DNA of 57,277 nt, counting the filler, from Sphacelaria rigidula (lineage: Eukaryota), in NCBI GenBank assembly GCA_964200075.2. It is 4 parts of 4 records of this genome, joined end to end, with 100 filler letters (N's around TTAATTAATTAA, not from the genome) between each part and the next. Parts side by side here need not be neighbours in the genome. Positions count along the whole stretch, not along the records: positions 43,035 to 57,277 come from CAXNAA020002363.1; 3 more parts are not named here. One strand, written 5' to 3'. This document shows, one piece after another, positions 50,171 through 57,277 of this stretch; positions within the stretch are counted from its first letter, which is position 1, and each line of letters begins with the position of its first letter. The notes beneath the pieces were generated by a model. It made no database searches and was not told the origin of the DNA. It worked only from the letters and a program-made list of their open reading frames with translations. Both the position numbers and the translations under genes were made by a program.

Positions 50171-51966
50171 GACCCTTATACAGTAACAGTATCCAATCGT
50201 ATTACCGTGTACATATCATCGCCGTTGATACTCAAATTTTGTATCGCTTCTTCTCTTTCCCATTCGAGCCACCCTCGGAGGCGGGAGTGGAAAATGCAGC
50301 TAGTAACATGATATGTTTGGTGTATGCCGCTAAAATATCACAGAATTGATTCTCGTATCGAGTAACGGCGGGGGTGTGGTGAAGCTGTGCTGGTTAGGAA
50401 CAACCACAACAATATTGAACCGCGTGACAACTGTAGTGAACGATATATATATTCAGCGTCGCCCAATAAATCGGGATCCACGTTGTCGTTTCTCGGCCAT
50501 CGTACTGTATGTTGGATTTATTCCGCAGCACACGAATGATCACGTTGGGAGCAAGCAAATGCCGGACGACTGACGGAAGTACGCAAGCATCGGTGCAAAC
50601 GTTTGTGCATTACGAAATCCAGCAGTAGTACAGTACAGTACAACACAGTACAGTCGCTTGAACCCTAGACGGTGGTGCGGGTAGTCCATCTGCGTTACGC
50701 ATACTTTTCCCCAGTGGATACTGATGCCAATTCAGCAGGTGACCTACCCTCGTGTCAAAGGTTTTATACTCACAACGATAGGGTGGCTTACAGCCCCCCC
50801 TCTGCGCGGTGTATAGAGCAGCATTGTTTGTTTCACTCACATCCCTGGGTGTTAAGGGTCATCACCTCAACGTTTTCATTGCTGTGTGCGAGCTTCACAT
50901 TTCGATCCCGTGCACTCACTCGTGAGGGCAAGGTTTTATTACAAGGCGTAAGGGAGATCATCTATCACATCTAAAATCCTGCTGCATTTATATGACAATG
51001 TGTATAGGGCGTACTCAATGCATGGTGACCGAAAATTTGGCTCAAGTGGGTCGCTGTTTAGCGACATGAGGTAATATCTCGTCGAACAGTAAGGCACGAT
51101 TGATGGAGGATAATGATGAGGGATAACTGGTAGAATTCAAATGACAACAGTGCGCCGCATCAGGTTATAGGAAAATGGGGTATCAGCCTGGGTCGTGCAC
51201 TGTGCAAGCGTTGTGTAATTTTATGTTTTAGTGACGGGATGCACCCAGCAGATGGCCCGTCTTCATGCCAGTTCAACAGCAACAGACATAAAATGTACAC
51301 AGATATTTGTTGTCTGCATACGACATGCTTCTTCGTCGGCACGGCTGCCTTTGTCGAGCTTCCCTGCGGAGACACGGTCTGCAAACATTACATGAGCCAA
51401 CTCGCATCACAGCCATAGCTACTGTTCACAACTGTAGCATAATAGAGTAGAACGGGTGTCTTGCCTTCGCGTGGAAACATCATTTCAAACTGTTAGAGGA
51501 CTTCGTCAACCGAAAGATATTGGTCATGCAGGGACGTGGCTGCTCACGGCGGGCAATTGTATTTAATTACCCGTTGTACGTACTGAAAAATACACATGAA
51601 GGCAGGGTGATCATAGCTGCACCTCTGACATCGAACTCAGTCGTTTAGAGATAACCGCTGCGCCAACGCCGTGGACACGCATCTTCAGGTGACGTAGGAT
51701 AAACACAGCACGCAGCGACTTTAAGCACATACGGGATTGACCGGGAACCAGTTCGTTCCATTTCACACTCTCAGACAGCAAAATTCATCATCACATAATG
51801 CGGGGTCATCGTTTGAGGTGAACAAAGATTTTTCATATATGGGGACCGACGCATCATGGTGGCTGATGCTTCGTTGCAAAAGAGCATTTCGAAAAATCGC
51901 AAAAGGAGTGATCATACGTCACGGATGACAACAGTCAACACAATAGTTCCGGTTGTAGAAGCGCCA

Positions 51967-52625
51967 TGTTACAAACATGATCTGTATGGTGTTGGGGTTT
52001 TCGGCATTGGGCGTCGCAACTGGCTTACAGACAGGCGGTATGTCTCGTGGTCTCGAGCAAGCATCCAGTTTAGTCATTTCATGCGCATGCAAATACGTCA
52101 TGACTAATATACCATGTTGATTATGCCGGAACATGCCTCAACTACACATCTATTTGTGCACTGAATTCATTTATCATTATACTATCGTGACGACCATATT
52201 TCAAATACTGACGTTCCGAGTATGGTTCAGGGATCCGTACTGTATTGTCTCACCGTGTTCAGCGACCAACCTTCAAAAGCATAGCAAGATGAAATACGTC
52301 CAACGCAGTACAATGATCACAGCTCCAGAAGCGATTCAGTTTCTCTTCCATGGTGGTGGTTTTGATAGCCTCATCAATCAGATTCACATAAGCTCTTCGC
52401 TCGTTGTTTGCTCGTCTTCAAGAGAGTAAAACCAAGGGTCGCAAAGGGTCATGAAAACCACGGTGCGCACGGAGGCGTGTCTGTAACCGTTACAACGGAC
52501 ACCACTCCCTCTCCTCTAGTTGGAATACCCGTAGGTCACATCAACTAGCCCTCCGAGCCCATCAGTCGAATAGCTGGGCTCATCATTGTACTGCCCTTCT
52601 TCCATGTATGCCGCGAACCATGACA
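51967..52625 (-). repeat. 5' LTR (659 bp) followed by PBS TGGCGCTTCTACAACCGGAAC
   Basis: TG...CA ends. Patchy similarity to the 32167-32811 LTR (gtccaacgcagtaca, tggtggt..tgatagcc). Confidence 0.8.
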
Positions 52626-54764
52626 CAATGTCGTCACAATAATGACAAGAACAAGCGCGATACAAGGCGTTACGGAACCCAGGATCGACGAGCAGACCCG
52701 CAAATCCTCATATCTTGCAAGGCCGCTGAGCCTCATCACACTAGCCCACCCTAGACGAGACCTTATGCAGTTGAATCAACATCACCTCAGCACAACATAA
52801 CTGCGCCGAGCAACTTCAAAATTCAACGAGAGAGGGTTCTTTTACACCCGTAGAAAAACACATAAGGCGAAGAAAAAGAAGACCACAGAAATAATAAATA
52901 AAATCGCCAAGACGATTCTCTTCCACACCTCCATGGGTAAGCATCGCTGCGACCCATCACATCAAACGTTCAATCCACACAACAAAGAAAACGTTGTATC
53001 TACGTAACACTCACTACTTATGTTAAAAAAGACAACACAAACGCAAGTTTATCTTCAAAGCAAAGCACTAAATGGCACGCACGCGTAAGCTCTGTGTACC
53101 GACGGAACAAAAAGGGAATGCCAAACAACCCGGGAGCGAGGGAGGCAAAACGCAGTTGCGGCGTAGCATCGCGGCAACTGCTTTGGTCGGGCGCAGATCG
53201 AAGTGAGCTCCCCCTCTTTGCCCGACTCTGTCCCGACTTATCCGTCGCGTGAAGCTAGATTGGCACACCGTTTGTTCCGTGACAGGGCGTTTGAAGTATC
53301 AAACCTGCCTTGAAAAGGGCGTGCGACGTGAAGTACGATGCCGGGGGGTGGGGGAAACTATGCAGCAACAGGGAGATAAAAGCGGGGGTGCAGCCCAAGT
53401 TCAGGTATAGTGTGCCTGAAGTGCGAAATTGAAAACCTCTACGGGAGTGGGCACTAGCCCACCCAAGACAACACTAAGGGCAAGAAGTCGACGGTCGCTA
53501 GCGCGGCGGATCATCTATTGCATGTTATGAGCAAACGTCAGAGTAAAATTAAAGGGGGCTTTGCCAGAAAGTAATACGCGACTCAAAGCAATCGTCCGGC
53601 GGAAATACGGCCAACAAAAGGGCAATACGATTGGTGATTCCCGTGGTAACACTGGACCACGAGCAACGGCACGATACCAAAAAAAACCGTGTCACTAGCT
53701 CTCCAGGCTACGCAACGGGATACGGGTAGAACAAACAAACGAACACATCCGGATGAATTGCCGAAACGAGTAACTCAACTCGACCTTATACCTTCATCGG
53801 GCAGCCCACAACGAGGGCGGTATAATTAGCATTACAGATTGTAACCAGCAATATTGCAAGCAGGGTGATTGATTGCTGTATCAAGGGTCGAAGGCACAAA
53901 TGAAGACATGATACATGGTGATGCCGTGTGGGATCACTGGGGTTAATGCACAGAGATTACAAAAACACTTTTGGTCAAGGTAGGGGCAAACAAGCTCCTC
54001 GAATACAAGCAATTGGATGCGTGGGCAGCAATAGTGTGTGACTACAAAAACTATAAGCGAGACTGCAGAGACAACTACAACGAAGGGCTATCCTTCCGAT
54101 CAAGGGAGACACGGTCTATTCGATGCCAATTGTCACGGTGACAGGCTGGACACCTCTCTTGTATCCCACTAGTAATTGAGAGTAGAGTTTCGGGTTATAC
54201 GTTTTCTCATCAAAGAATCAGAGTGCAGAGTGGCAGCGCTGAAACTTCAGAGTGGACGCTAAAACGTCCATAGCGGAAGTTGATGTGACGTGGCTCGATG
54301 TGGAGTTCCTTTCTTCGCAGTGATTGGCCGCAGGTGGTGCCGCCAAAGGTGCGATCGACCAGCGTGGAGTTCGAAAATGCACACGTCGACACAGCAGTGA
54401 CTGTACCATACCCTGCGGCACCGTACATACTGTACACTACGCTTCATTTCACCTGTAGTACTTCAATCCACCACGGCCACCACAGTGCACGGTAGTGCTG
54501 TAGTGCTGTGCAGTGTATACAGCACAGTCACTGCAGTACAGAGAGTCCAATGCAGAACTCTACAGTACAACAGTACATGGCGGTACGGTGAACTACGGCG
54601 ATACCGTACAGTCAGTTAGTTGTACCGTAGTACAGTACAAAAGTAAGCAGCCCTTTCAAACAAAAGACAAGGCCGCATCGTGACGATTTCCCAAGATGCC
54701 ACCTGTAATGCGTGAAAGGACCGCGCGCCTAGAGGACCGCATGGGAGATTCAACATCCCCATGA

Positions 54765-54786
54765 TTAGGGTTAGGGTTAGGGTTAG
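54765..54786 (+). repeat. Short interstitial telomere-type repeat (TTAGGG)3TTAG
   Basis: Read directly from the sequence. Confidence 0.9.
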
Positions 54787-56602
54787 TAATGCTTGTGCGT
54801 CGTAGACTACGAGTCGTTTACACCGTCTTCTTACAGTTGGAGCTGGCAAAAATAAGGAACTGCACCCCGCCGAGCATTTAAATTTTCACTCATTGCAACG
54901 AAGCGAATGCTGATACCACCGTCGTGGCAGCGTCAGGGAGGTCTTGTGATTGCGATTCAAAGCGTATTACTTCGCGAATGGTCCATTGTCATGAGCATTA
55001 TTACAGTTATGATGGAAGTCCCACTTTGCTTGTTAGGGTATATTGATTTTGAACTGGCTGTGATCATGGTAATGAAGGTGGGTGTTTTTCTTCGTTCTGC
55101 TATGAACTGTGAAGAGGCACAGCGGTTTCAAGAGTGGAGAGGTGAAAACCGCACTCTCACTCTGAAAAAACCGCTGTGCCTCTTCATAGTTCATAGCGGA
55201 AAGTGCACCGTTACCGGCTACTTTCTTCAGACTCTGACTCTAAGATTTGAAAAAAAAACGTTTTCCGTAACTCTCTAACGTCGTTGTGAATGGGGTAGAT
55301 CAATATCGAGTGTCAATCCACACTCTCTGTTCCCGTAGGCTCTCGCACCTATTAAATCAAATAGGAAGCATGCCCTCACTTCTATTAACTTGACGATTCT
55401 CGCTCCTAGCTTTCACCTCTAATCACCAAAGGCAATGTAGCGGTTGATACTCAATGTCCAAGCGGAGATTGATAGAGGTGCATGGAAGCAACACTTCGCC
55501 GAATCTCACTCTACAACTGGGAGGCCTGCTTCCTCCCGGGACCTAGGGAAACACAAGCCTGATCTGTATGCCAACCTGCCCCAGGAACCTGAGAGATTCC
55601 GTGTATCTATTCTCCTACAGAAATATCCTATATATCTACACTTCTTGTGACCTGAGGGTATGAGGTGTTGTTGTTGTCTTCACATTAAAAAGCCGTTCCG
55701 GTATCTGCGCAGCGCTGTACTGGGCATCTGGCTCGGACGTCTTCCGTGGTCACAGACTACCACCCCATGTTAGGGTAAAAGAAAAATCAGGTAATAAAAT
55801 CGGACCCACGAAATATCCACGCAGACGCGATACAAGAAGACAAAACAAAACAAAATAAAAATGGTGAAAAGAAAAACAAGAACGAAGAAACCTATCCTTG
55901 AGCCTCTGAGAGGGCAGCTATGCGTATGCATAAACTAGGTAAACCAGTAAGGCCACCACATGACACCGCCCACCGCCTCGGAGGGAGGGGTGCATCGGAT
56001 TCAGCAGTTATGAGTAGATGATTTGAATGCCTGTCCACCTCATGACATTGTTCACGTCGATCACCCAATATTGTGTCATCAGCACATGCGTTCCGCAATG
56101 CCTACTCAACAACCGTATATACATGATACCGTAGTGACCGCCATAGACAGCTGAAATGCCTGACATAGCCAGATTTGTGTTCAAGACCATAGTGGCGGCG
56201 CTATGGGCGACAAGGTATCTCGACCAATCAGCGCCCCTCAAATTGTTCTGAAATCGAAAATACGAGTTCCAAGCCCAATTTTCACTCAATCACCACAACA
56301 TGTCTTGAGTCGTAGTAATCGCTATCAGCTCGGAAATATAACGAAAAAAGCAGATTTGAGAAAAAGTATTATGGGGTCGAATTATAACCGAAACCGTCTT
56401 GTTTCGGTGATATGGAGTATGGCGTCGTCTAATTTTAAGTGACGATACGAACAAAAGTCTCAGGGAGCCTCGTGACGGCTTCCTTTATATCTGTTGTCGA
56501 CAAGCTCAGATCGCACTCAAACTTGGCAGTTCTATAGGTATTGATGCTTCAAACAAAAATAATGTCTCTTTTTTACAGCAGATCAATGTTTCTCCGTCCT
56601 CT

Positions 56603-56861
56603 AGAGTGATGCTACGGTAGGGGTGCACAAATGTTTTCCGAGGTTTGAATTATTAGGAGCCCTGTATCTCATCCGAAACACCACTTACGAAATACGTGAG
56701 GGTACGCCAGGATTACTATTTCAATGTGCTAGAGATATCCCGAATGAAATAGCAAACGGGGATGCTCTGACCGATATTCCCGTGCAATCTAGAATCGTTA
56801 GGAGCCCCTGAACCAGACAAGATTTCGCGCAAAAAGTGCACCCCTACCGTAGCATTGCTCT
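56603..56861. mobile_element. MITE with ~26-bp TIRs
   Basis: agagtgatgctacggtaggggtgcac ... gtgcacccctaccgtagcattgctct. Confidence 0.75.
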
Positions 56862-57277
56862 CTACCGGCTTCCGGGGGTCCACGTGGAGACCTCCGGAAG
56901 CCGGTAGAGCATAACTTGAAAGACGTAAAAAAAACATGGTGCTTACTGGGGCAGTCCAAGGAACATATGTACAAAGTTTGGTCGAGGAACGCGAAAGTCT
57001 CATACCGTTTTACTCGCCTTAAGCTTTAATAGGCCCTAAGAAAACGTTCTTATACTCAAACCGAGTAGTTCGGAGTTTGCACGTTTCAAGCTCACATCAT
57101 TGCAAAAACATGCAAAACTTCACGCCGTTTTAGGGGCTAGACCTTGACACTTTGCACAAATGTGCTGTGAAATTTGAAGAGATATATCAGTTTTCAGAGT
57201 AGATTGCTCCAAACGTGACTCTCACTCTGAAACGTTGACTCTAAAACGTTTTCATACTGGAGAGTCTTTCTACGATA

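Larger units (their letters stand above)
43035..52625 (-). mobile_element. Degenerate, internally deleted Ty3/Gypsy LTR retrotransposon (>9.6 kb)
   Basis: 5' LTR 51967-52625 (TGTCAT...GTAACA), PBS 51946-51966, PPT TGAGGGGAGG 43143-43152. The truncated 3' LTR at 43035-43142 matches 52518-52625 with two mismatches. Domain order is PR-RT-INT-chromo. Confidence 0.88.

Overview
Repeat-rich eukaryotic DNA, most consistent with a brown alga (Phaeophyceae); this is an inference from the long TE-filled GT-AG introns, Gly/Ala-rich proteins and TTAGGG. The window is not one locus. It consists of four contigs of 14246, 14244, 14244 and 14243 bp joined by N44-TTAATTAATTAA-N44 spacers, apparently sorted by size. 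Contig 1 has five internal exons of a type III-beta-like phosphatidylinositol 4-kinase. Its introns hold MITEs, a LINE relic, a SINE and a ~263-nt G:U-rich foldback that is a pre-miRNA candidate. Contig 2 has a zinc-finger gene head-to-head with the first five exons of EXO1, plus tRNA-derived SINEs. Contigs 3 and 4 each hold minus-strand, non-autonomous Ty3/Gypsy LTR elements of one family. These have a clear LTR/PBS/PPT, and their integrase tail carries a chromodomain-like region followed by a Tudor-like domain. They also contain three internal tandem arrays, microhomology-joined chimeric modules and a 3-4 kb antisense, degenerate, possibly transposase-derived cargo right after the PBS. All calls were made by eye with no database searches.
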